Shown: piece after piece, positions 53,227 to 64,000 of the stretch
How the letters are laid out: every line of letters starts with the position of its first letter
Numbering within the stretch: position 1 is the stretch's first letter
Program-made: the position numbers and the translations under genes
The notes under the pieces: generated by a model
What the model was told of the DNA's origin: nothing
The model's input: the letters and a program-made list of their open reading frames with translations, nothing else
The model's database searches: none
NCBI RefSeq assembly: GCF_009914755.1
Contig: NC_060947.1
Direction: 5' to 3' (one strand)
Origin: the human T2T-CHM13v2.0 reference genome, Homo sapiens
DNA: 64,000 nucleotides

Positions 53227-54836
53227 CCCTGATTTATATTTTGGGTATCTGCAAGGGAATAGATTCCCAAAGTTCCTTACTTTGGGGGCAACTCTGAGGC
53301 AATGGCCTAAGAGTTCATAAAACTGTACTTACTGGGCCATTTGTTGGTCATGGCACCCAGTGCTAAGATGATGGCTGAAGTTTGGCCAATTGTGCTGACT
53401 CTTTGTTTCCTGCCCTTTATCACAGACATCCTGGTTAAGAAATGGATAGCAGTAACACGTATGATGGTGACAATATTGTCTATAGAATAAACTCCCATTG
53501 CTGTTCACTAATTTGATCCCAAAGGGCTCCCCACATAGCTAAGGGATATAGGGTGACCTCCTCCAGCACCATGGCAATTGGCAAGGGACTGAGGATAGCA
53601 GAGGTCATTCCTTCTTACATGTATGATCTGCCAAATGCCCAGATTTGGTTCCACCCTGTATCAAAGAGGCTTAAGTAACCATCATGACTTCACAGGGTGC
53701 TGGTTCCATGACCCAAAGCATATTGGACAACTACAGAGGTAGAGAACCAAAGGCTCAGGGTCTATGAGAGCCTCTATTTTGGGGACATCCAGCATATGGC
53801 CAGTTATTCTCACTCTAATGGTATATAGTGCAAGGCTTAGTAGGGCAGTTTCTTGCATCAGAAGCCTTCAATCAACTTATAACCTTTATGGCTGGTCCAT
53901 TGACCACAGTGAGGGCATGTCAGGAGGTTACTAAAGCCTCTACAATAAAGGAAACTCTCATAGCACTAACAGGAGTGCCCATTGGTTTAGATTAAGACAG
54001 ATTCTAGAGCTTTTTGTTGGAAGAGGCCCATTCGAGCTGTGCTGATTTGCAAGTAATAGCAACAGTGAGATTAAGACAAAATCGTAAATGAGGACTATGT
54101 TGCCCTCAGAACTCAGAAATGGGTAAAAGATGCTGAACTTACATTAACATTGCGGGTGATGAGACTGTCAGTAGTTGGTTTTTGACAGTGTCAAGGATGG
54201 AGCAGTTCTGGGCTTACCAAATAAATTTTAGGAACTTAACAAAGGTGTTGAAACCTTACAATAAGTGTGGGGCAATGGCCCATCCCCTCTTTATGAGCTC
54301 CTTTATGAGTATACTTAATGAGTGTGTCAAATAAATCTCTTTGGAGGAGGGTGTCTCTTATGTAACATCATACCTGTGCTCCTGGAGAATGGTGGATACA
54401 GTTAAGAACTTTCCTGCAAAGACTATTTGCAATGGCAAGGTTGCTGACATACCCCGTGGGTAGCCTGGTAAATGTGTATCATGTCTCTTCAGAGGTGAAG
54501 GCAAACTGAAGCTGAATGGCTGTTGATACAGACACAGAACAGAAAATATTAGTCAAATGTAAAATGGCAAAATGTTTGCTGGTGCAGATTCAACGGAGTC
54601 AGTAATTTCAATAAGATTGGATATGGGGCCTTAATGGACAGGACCATAGGATTAAGATTGCAGTAATACACTATGAAGTACCATTCAATTATTCCAGGTT
54701 TAAGAACAGGCTAAACTGGGCTGTTAAATGGAGAAGGAGTGGGGATAATTACCCCTTCATTCATTAGGTCTTATGTAATAAGTTTCATACTTGAAGGCCC
54801 TATTTTGAATTTACATTGTGCCATATTAACTGTTTT

Positions 54837-55154
54837 TTGTTTGTTTGTTTTGTTTTTTGTTTGTTTGTTTGTTTTTTGAGACAGAATCTCACTCTGTCGC
54901 TGGGCTGGAATACAATGGCACGATCTCAGCTCACTGCAAACTCCACCTCCTGGGTTCAAGCAATTCTCTTGCTTCGGCCTTCTGAGTAGCTGGGATTACA
55001 GGCACCACCACACCTACCTAATTTTTGTATTTTTTGTAGAGATGGGGTTTCACCCTGTTAGCCTGGCTGGTCTTGAACTCCTGACCTCAAGTGATCCACC
55101 TGCCTCAGCCTCCCAAAGTTCTGTGATTACAGGCATGAGCCACCACAACTGGCT
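54837..55154 (-). mobile_element. AluS
   Basis: Antisense Alu; TSD CATATTAACT(G/A)TTTT at 54822 and 55155. Confidence 0.95.
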
Positions 55155-56139
55155 CATATTAACTATTTTAATTAGGCAGTCCTTAGAGTCTCATTTTGTC
55201 AAACCAATTTTTAAATGCAAAGACTTAATTTAATTGTAATTTATAACTTATTGGGTCCAAGCATCCGTGCCCACTATGGGATATTTTTGGGCAATGGTAT
55301 TTTAATCATGGAGAATTAAGACAATAGTTCTTGTACCACATCTCCTCAACACATAATCAGTGGCCAGAGTAAGTGACTGTGGAGATCTGCCCAAGACCTT
55401 ACTCTGCAAAGATAGATGAGTGGACCATGGAATGAAGGCATTCAAGCACCTAGCCTTGCAGTAACAGGTGGGCTGAAGCACAGGGTTCCGTCTCAACTGG
55501 ACACCCCCTTTCCCACCTCAATGCTCTCTTGGGGCCAGTAGTAGACAGGGTAAGCAAGCTGGGGCTCAGAAGTGCAGGTCCATGTCTCCATCAGCCAACT
55601 CCTTCCAAGGGGTTGCCTGCCCTCTCCATTTGTGGAAGCCTGGGGGTTGTGCCTACAAATAAAAGAGGTCCAGGAAAACAGTGGATCATCAAGGGAGAGG
55701 TTAGAGGCCAAAGTGGAATTTCAAAATAGTACTGGGGTTGCTGCCCTCCAGGAGCCAGGTCCTGATGAGTAGTAGAACACAGAGGCTCAAAGTATGCCTC
55801 AGATGCCTGTGGCCTTGGACCCCAGAAGGACAGAGGGCATGGAGGATGGCTGAGGACTGGAAAGAGGACGGAGGTGGGGTGAACAGGGCAGCACAGGGCA
55901 AGGGGGAACTAGGTGAGGGACACTAGGTATTTCGCAGAGTCACCTCAAAGGAGAGAGCTTCGTGGTCAACGGGACTGGGAAGGCCAGGCATCCGTCAGGA
56001 GCCTAGAGCCCAGGAGCGGCGGCAGGAACAGCCGAGCAGCAGCTCTACTCCATACAGCACCCTTAGGATGCATCAGGCCACTTCGAAGTCCGCTTAGTCT
56101 GCAGCCACTTCTCTCTCTCTCTCTCTTTTTTTTTTTTTT

Positions 56140-56280
56140 TAGCAGTGGTAAAAGTTTATTAAAAAGCTTTACAGCAGGAATGAAAGGGAGTAAAGTACAC
56201 TTGGAAGAGGGCCAAGCAGGCAACTTGAGAGATCAAGTGCACAGTTTGACCTTTTGACTTGGAGTTTTATATGCTGACAT
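56140..56280 (-). mobile_element. ERV1 LTR fragment (MER61-like)
   Basis: AAGTTTATT...GCAGGAATGAAAGGGAGTAAAGTACACTTGGAAGAGGGCCAAGCAGGCAACTTGAGAG. Confidence 0.45.
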
Positions 56281-56334
56281 ACACAGCCACTTCTTGCTGC
56301 AGCTGGGTGGGCACTAAGCAAGACATGTGGCTGA

Positions 56335-56498
56335 CTCCACCCATCCAGATCACAGCCAGCCTAGCCAATCTGGCAGGTATCAGGAGTCACACAAAAAGGT
56401 GCGTGATCCAACCTCCACCCATCCAGATCACAGCCAGCCTAGCCAATCTGGCAGGTATCAGGAGTCACACAAAAAGGTGCAAGATCCAACCTCCACCC
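56335..56498. repeat. 78-bp tandem duplication
   Basis: Copies at 56335 and 56413 differ only at a GT/AA dinucleotide; CTCCACCC at both boundaries and the junction. Confidence 0.95.
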
Positions 56499-57664
56499 TC
56501 AGTATGCCCACTCCCTGGCTCTCTGCAGTCCCCTTAGGGCTAACTCCATCTCCCCTTGCAGCTCCTGGGCTGCTAGAGGGCTGGGCCGGGGATCTGCAGC
56601 TAGGGTTACCCTGTCCTGTCCCTCTGTAAAAATACAAAATGTGCTTTTCTCTTGGAACAACATATGCCCCAGAGTTTGCTTCTTGCAGGGAAGAGAATGC
56701 AGTGACTTGACTGCCGTGGTTGAATCTGCGTTCCGAAAGACTGGACACCTTTGAGGATCAGGAGGTACTTCACTGCTATTCATTCTCAGATTCTTGAGCC
56801 TCTGGTAACCTGATTGGCTCCCCTCTGGATGGGGCGAAGAAAGATCACTAATGGATTTTATGACAGGACTTTGGCCCCAAGAGGTGTACTCCTCCATCAG
56901 AACAGAAATTGGACTCCAGGAGCCCAAGAGTTGCCTGAAAATTTGAATTAACCAGAGTGCCCTTTGCTTCAAGTTTGGGTCCCCAAGACAGAGCTCAGAG
57001 AACTGGAAGGACAGCTTCACCAACTGGGATCACCCCCTAAGATGTGACCTTGTCCCATAGCCAGGAGATGCAGTGCTGAAGGAAAGTTCTTGGCTTACAC
57101 CACAGAGGGGGAAAAGAAGGCAGAGGTCATTGTATCTCATCTTCAAGGAAGTTAGCCCCTGACAAGCAGCCCACTCCAATGCTGCAATATTCTTGCCCTA
57201 TCATGTGGAAAAGCCTGGCAATTTTACTAGAGGGCTCCAATTCTTTCCACTACCTTGAACATCATGCTGTGGAACAGAAATATGTCAGAGGATAAGGAAA
57301 TGCTTCCACTCAATCCCTTCCATCCTTCCTATCTCAGGTCCATGACAAAGTGAGCTCAGAAAAAGTCTCTCTGGAGCCCATAGCCAAATGAGCAATCAAC
57401 AAATAGAGATCAATCATGTTCACCAGCACTGAACCTCATAAGGTATGCCATTTAGAAGTGGTGAAAGCAAAATGGACTTCAATTACATACTTGCTTAACT
57501 AGAACATTCAAACAGAAACATGCTCTCCTTCCCATTTCCCTTAGCATTTGATGAAATGAGTTGAGATGGTGTATACCCAGCATATTGCAAAGTTTCAGTT
57601 ACCTGAAAGTCCCAGGAGTGGCTCAGTATGTTGCACAAAGAATTTTAACTCTATTGACACCCCC

Positions 57665-58083
57665 TGTCTTAGTCTGTGTTGTTATAAAGGAATATCCTGA
57701 GGCTGGATAATGTATAAACAAAAGTGGTTTATTTGGCTCACAGTTCTACAGGCTGTACAAGAAGCATGGTGCCAGCATCTTCTTCTGGTGAGGGTTTCAG
57801 GGTGCTCCCACTCATAGCTGAAGTCAAAGGGAAGCTGGCATGTGCAAAGATCACATAGCAAGAGTGGAGGCAAGAGAGAAGAGGTAAATGCCAGACTTTT
57901 TAAACAACCAGTTCTTGTGGGAACTAATAGAGCAATAACTCACTCATTACCGCGAGGACAATGTCCAGCCATTCATGAGGAATCTGCCCATGACCCAGAC
58001 AGCTCCCATTAGGCCCCACCTCCAACACTGGGGATCAAATTTCAACATGAGATTTGGAGGGGACAAACATCCAAATCACAGCA
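57665..58083 (-). mobile_element. MSTB-like solo LTR
   Basis: TGTCTTAGTCTGT...TTTCAACATGAGATTTGGAGGGGACAAACATCCAAA. Confidence 0.85.
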
Positions 58084-58399
58084 TCCCACCCTTTTTTAAG
58101 CATGTTAGAATTACACGTTTTAAAAAATTGTATCCAAGACAGTTTCCTGTCTTATTTTAACCAGTAGAGTACCCTCATACCTTCTTTCCCCTTCTCCTTT
58201 TCTCCCCTCTTTGTCTTACATTGCAGCAAATTCTTCCCTCCCAAATGGGTGCGAGAGAAGGAAAAAAAGGTGAAGGGAACCATATATCATTGACCGTCAC
58301 ATACACGAATAGGTCAAATGAAACCAGCCCTCCTGCTATTCATCCTGCACTCCTGGTCCCTGGTCATGCAGGCATTCTTTAAGAGATAATCCTGGCTTG

Positions 58400-58545
58400 T
58401 CAAAAACGAAAGGACCATTTCAGGTCATTTTGTCCAAGCATCTGAAAGGTGCATGTGAGGAAACTGAGGTCTAGAGAAGGAAAAGGGATTGGCCTAAAGT
58501 TTTATAGTGGCAGAGACTGAAACTAGAATTCTAATTCCAGATTGG
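58400..58545 (-). mobile_element. MIR fragment
   Basis: GAGGAAACTGAGGTCTAGAGAAGG core. Confidence 0.6.
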
Positions 58546-58619
58546 CCTACTTCTTTAACAGTGTGTTTTCTGTGAAAGTCAGCTTCCATTGGTATTTCAG
58601 GCAACCACCAGCAGATGGG

Positions 58620-59630
58620 AGTAGACCTGTTTGCTTCAGGATTGGAGATATATTCTGAGAAATGTGTCATTAGGCAATTTTGTTGTTGAGCAAACATCTG
58701 AGTATACCTACACACACCTGGACGGTATAGCCTACTACACACCTAGGCTATATGGAACAGCCTGGTGTTCCCAAACTACAAATCAGTACAGCATCTTACT
58801 GTACTGAATGCTATAGGTAATTATAACATAATGGTAAGTGTTTGTGTATCTAAACCTATATAAGCCTAAAAAAATACAATAAAAATATTGTATAAATGAT
58901 AAACAATGGTACACCTGTATAGGGCACTCACAGTAAATGCACTTTGCACGACTGGAAGTTGCTCTGAGTGGATCAATGAGTGAGTAATGAGTGACTGTGA
59001 AGGCCTAGGACATTAGTGTATACTACTATAGACTTTATAAATACTGTATACTTAGGCTACATTAAATTAATTTTTTAAAGTTTATTTTTTCAATAATCAA
59101 CCTTAGCTTACAGTAACATTTTTACTTTATAAATTTTAAGTTTTTTCTTTTTGACTATTTTGTAATAACACTTGGATTAAAACATAAACATATCGTACAG
59201 TTGTACAAAAATATCTTTCTTATATCCTTATTTTATAAGCATTTTTTTCTATTTTTTATAACTATTGAAACTTTTTTTGTTAGAAACTAAGACAAACACA
59301 CATATTAAGCTAGATTTATGCAGGGTCAGGATCATCAATATCACTGTCTTCCACCTCCACATCTTGTCCCACTGGAAAGTCTTCAGGGGCAATAAAATGC
59401 ATGAATCTGTCATCTCCTATGATAGCAATGCCATTTTCTGAAATACCTCATGAAGAAAATGACTGAGGCTGTTTTACAGCTAAGTTTCTTATAAGTAAAA
59501 GGAGTACATTCCAAAATAATAATTAAAAGCACAGTAAATACTAGGCCATTGGAATTTTTCAGCTCCATGGTAATCTTACTGGATCAACTATCTGTAGTTG
59601 ACCAAAGCATCATTATGTGGTACGTGACCA
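58620..59630 (+). mobile_element. Tigger3 (Golem)-family DNA transposon
   Basis: TTCTGAGAAATGTGTCATTAGGCAATTTTG...GGTATAGCCTACTACACACCTAGGCTATATGG...CATTATGTGGTACGTGAC. Confidence 0.8.
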
Positions 59631-59699
59631 TACACAAGTTTCTCTGGAGCATAAGGTGATTTGGGAGGTATGACAAGAGGTTAAATTAGTTAACAGGCA

Positions 59700-59970
59700 A
59701 AAGAATAGGCAGCATCTGCCTAGTGAGGGCCACATATTCAGTGCACAAAAAATACTTGTTGAATGAATAAATGAGGCAAGAAAAAGAGTTTGGGACCTGA
59801 TTGTCAAAACTAAGGAACTTGATTTCCATTTTAGAGTGAACAGTAAGCTTTTGAAGGATATGTTCAGCGGAGTGTCACAAAGTGGTGCATTAAGGAGAAA
59901 GTTTCCATTACTTTGTGAAGGAGAGACCAGAAAGAAGAGAGACTAGGAACAAAGTGAGCAGTTAGGAGGC
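59700..59970. mobile_element. L2 fragments
   Basis: AAATACTTGTTGAATGAATAAATGA L2 3' tail, followed by an antisense L2-like stretch. Confidence 0.45.
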
Positions 59971-60600
59971 GTTGCACACCTCTGCTTCTGGTGGTGACAG
60001 GCTACATAATTTAGACTAACTGTTCCAATAAGGACAACTAAAAAGATAGATGAAATATAAAAATAAATTATATTTATTAAGAGCTAAGGAGTGATGAAGC
60101 TAAAATCTAGAAAACAAGAACCAAGTTAGGAAAACCCAGCACCCAAAGCTACTTTTGCCTGAGGGCATTTGCTGAATCAAAAAAAAAAAACAAAAAGAGA
60201 CTAATGGTGAACCAGAAGTAACCAGCTCTTGCATGAACTTGCAAACTAGCTACTCACGACCTGAGTAGTCCAAAGAACCTCAAGCCCAGAACTTGGACAG
60301 GGTTTACAGTGGTCCTTGACATGTACTGTCCCAAGGCATTTGTTAAAAGCAAATTGAAATACTTTCCACAGAAGGTTTTGTCTTCCTAGGCCTGAAATCA
60401 GTTTTAAAAATGTTTTTTCAATAACATATTAGTACATAATCAAAGATAAGTAGGCACACAAGGAAAAAAATACATTTTAAGTGACAGCCAGAAGAAAAAA
60501 ATAGGCAACACAAGTTCACAAAGACTTCAGGTATTAGAATTATGAGACAAAGGCTCCAATCATTATGGTTTCCCATAGTTGAAATAAAAGATAAGCTTCA

Positions 60601-60888
<288 letters not shown>

Positions 60889-60954
60889 AAAGATAAGCTT
60901 CAGAATATCTTCAGGGAAAGAAAACCAAAAAATGACATTGCAATTGTATTTTAA

Positions 60955-63900
60955 GGTTCCAGTTCCAAGATGACTGAATAGGAACAGCTCAAGTCTACAG
61001 CTCCCAGCGTGAGCAACACAGAAGACAGGAGATTTCTGCATTTCCAACTGAAATACTGGGTTCATCTCACTGGGGCTTGTCAGACAGTGGGTGCAGCCCA
61101 CAGAGTGTGAGCCGAAGCAGGACAGGGCATCACCTCACCTGGGAAGCATAAGGGGTCGGGGAATTCCCTTTCCTAGCCAAGGGAAGCTGTGACAGGTGGT
61201 ACCTGGAAAATCAGGACACTCCCACCTTAATACTGCACTTTTCCAAGGATCTTAGCAAACTGCACATCAGGAGATTATATCCCACGCCTGGCTCAGAGGG
61301 TCCCACGCCCATGGAGCCTCTCTCACTGCTAGCCCTGCAGTCTGAAATCGAACGGCAAGGCGGCAGCGAGGCTGGGGGAGGGGTGTCTGCCATTGCTGAG
61401 GCTTGAGTAGGTAAACAAAGTGGCTGGGAAGCTTGAACTGGATGGAGCCCACCACAGCTCAAGGAGGCCTGCCTGCCTCTGTAGACTCCACCTCTGGGGG
61501 CAGGGCATAGCTGAACAAGAGGCAACAGAAATTTCTGCAGACTTAAATGCCCCTGGCAGCTTTGAAGAGTAGTGCTTCTCCCAGCATGGAGTTTGAGATC
61601 TGAGAACGGACAGACTGCCTCCTCAAGTGGGTCCCTGACCCCTCAGTAGCCTAAATGGGAGACCCTACCTCCCAGTAGGGGCTGACTGACACCTCATACA
61701 GCAGGGTGCCCTTCTAAGACGAAGCTTCCAGAGGAAGGATCAGGCAGCAACATCAGGTTGCAATATTTGCTGTTCTGCAGCCTCCACTGGTGATACCCAG
61801 GCAAACAGAGTCTGGAGTGGACCTCCAGAAAACTCCAACAGACCTGCAGCTGAGGTTCCTGACTGTTAGAAGGAAAACTAACAAACAGAAAGGACATCCA
61901 CACCAAAACCCCGTCTGTACTTCACCATTATCAAATACCAAAGGTAGATAAAACCACAAAAATGGGGAGAAACCAGAGCAGAAAAGCTGAAAATTCTAAA
62001 AATCAGAGCGCCTCTTCTCCTCCAAAGGAACGCAGCTCCTCGCCAGCAACGGAAGAAAGCTGGATGGAGAAATGTCTTTGACTAGTTGAGAAAAGAAGGC
62101 TTCAGACGATTGGTAATAACAAACTTCTCCAAGCTAAAGGAGGATGTTCGAACCCATCACAAGGAAGCTAAAAACCATGAAAAAAGATTAGACGAATGGC
62201 TAACTAGAATAAACAGTGTAGAGAAGTCCTTAAATGACCTGATGGAGCTGAAAACCATGGCATGAGAACTACGTGACGCATGCAGAAGCTTCAGTAGCCG
62301 ATTCGATCAACTGGAAGAAAGGGTATCAGTGATTGAAGATCAAATGAATGAAATGAAGTGAGAAGAGAAGTTTAGAGTAAAAAGAAATGAACAAAGCCTC
62401 CAAGAAATATGGGACTATGTGAAAAGACCAAATCTACGTCTGATTGGTGTACCTGAAAATGACGGGGAAAATTGAACCAAGTTGGAAAACACTCTTCAGG
62501 ATATTAACGAGGAGAACTTCCCCAACCTACCAAGGCAGGCCAACATTCACATTCAGGAAATACAGAGAATGCCACAAAGATACTCCTTGAGAAGAGAAAC
62601 TCCAAGACAAATAATTGTCAGATTCACCAAAGTTGAAATGAAGGAAAAAATATTAAGGGCAGCCAGAGAGAAAGGTCCAGTTACCCACAAGGGGAAGCCC
62701 ATCAGATTAACAGCAGATCTTTTGGCAGAGACTCTACAAGCCAAAAGAGAGTGGGGGCCAATATTCAATATTCTTAAAAGAATTTTCAACCCAGAATTTC
62801 GTATCTAGCCGAACTAAGCTTCATAAGTGAAGGAGAAATAAAATCCTTTACATACTAGCAAATGCTGAGGGATTTTGTCACCACCAGGCCTGCCTTACAA
62901 GAGCTCCTGAAGGAAGCACTAAACATGGAAAGGAATAACCAGTACCAGCCACTGCAAAAACATGCCAAATTGTAAAGACCATTGATACTAGGAAGAAACT
63001 GCATCAACTGACGAGCAAACTAACCAGCTAACATCACAATGACAGGATCAAATTCACACATAACAATATTAACCTTAAATGTAAATGGGCTAAATGCTCC
63101 AATTAAAAGACACAGACTGACAAATTGGATAAAGAGTCAAGATCCAACAGTGTGCTGAATTCAGGAGACCCATCTCACATGCAGAGACACACATAGGCTC
63201 AAAATAAAGGGATGGAGGAAGATCTACCAAGCAAATGGAAAACAAAAAAAGGCAGGGGTTGCAATCCTAGTCTCTGACAAAACAGACTTTAAACCAACAA
63301 AGATCAAAAGAGACAAAGAAGGCCACTACATAATGGTAAAGGGATCAATTCAACAGGAAGAGCTAACTATCCTAAATATATATGCACCCAATACAGGAAC
63401 ACCCAAATTCATAAAGCAAGTCCTTAGAGACCTACGAAGAGACTTAGACTCCCACTCAATAATAATGGGAGATTTCAACACCCCACTGTCAACATTAGAC
63501 AGATCAATGAGACAGAAAGTTAACAAGGATATCCAGGAACTGAACTCAGCTCTGCACCAAGCAGACCTAATAGACATCTACAGAACTCTCCACCCCAAAT
63601 CAACAGAATATACTTTCTTCTCAGCACCACATCGCACTTATTCCAAAATTGACCACATAGTTGGAAGTAAAATATTCCTAAACAAATGTAAAAGAACAGA
63701 AATTATAAAAAACTGTCTCTCAGACCACAGTGCAATCAAACTAGAACTCAGGATTAAGAAACTCACTCAAAACCACACAACTACGTGGAAACTGAACAAC
63801 CTCCTCCTGAATGACTACAGGGTACATAATGAATTGATGGCAGAAATAAAGATGTTCTTTGAAACCAATTACAACAAAGATACAACCTACAAGAATCTCT

Positions 63901-64000
63901 GGGAGACATTTAAAGCAGTGTGTAGAGGGAAATTTATAGCACTAAATGCCCACAAGAGAAAGCAGGAAAGATCTAAAATTGACATCCTAACATCACAATT
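60955..64000 (+). mobile_element. LINE-1 (L1PA3-6 type) 5'UTR, ORF1 (ATG 61962) and start of ORF2 (ATG 63039), disrupted; continues beyond window
   Basis: CAAGATGACTGAATAGGAACAGCTC start; ATGGGGAGAAACCAG; ATGACAGGATCAAATTCACAC; stops and frameshifts. Confidence 0.93.

Larger units (their letters stand above)
53227..57100 (-). mobile_element. Second decayed ERVL-class internal region (pol/gag remnants), boundaries approximate
   Basis: QLQFAFT near 54495; degenerate YIDD-like CYIRDT near 54355; similar to the 34-35 kb pol (GGGCAATGGCCCATCCC vs ACAATTGCCCATCCC). Confidence 0.55.

Noticed and set aside
56327-56629. Repetitive peptide ORFs (STHPDHSQPSQSGRYQESHKKV x2)
   Set aside because: By-product of a 78-bp duplication whose length is a multiple of 3; no other coding evidence

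Overview
Primate (human-like) non-coding DNA with no supportable protein-coding gene. The only real coding remnants are LINE-1 ORF1/ORF2 and decayed ERV pol/env. The dominant feature is a strand-polarised, degenerate TG-rich array at about 4110-45200 (roughly 15 kb once about 26 kb of insertions are removed). It is not a simple microsatellite. Its left half is a hidden ~1.1-1.3 kb macrosatellite with colinear landmark motifs, and its right half appears to carry a second long unit. On the + strand it is dense in GCATG, GTGAGT/GTAAGT and UG-rich/GTGAATG motifs. The array is interrupted by a MER31-like provirus, MST LTRs, two divergently oriented L1PA13-like elements, Alus and an ERVL-class provirus with env remnants; that provirus hosts a twin-primed L1PA2. 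A G-rich promoter-like patch lies at about 1 kb. The right third holds unique sequence, microsatellites, a second ERVL remnant, DNA transposons, an AluY and the 5' half of an L1PA3-6-type element. Repeat family names come from recalled consensus sequences, not a database search.
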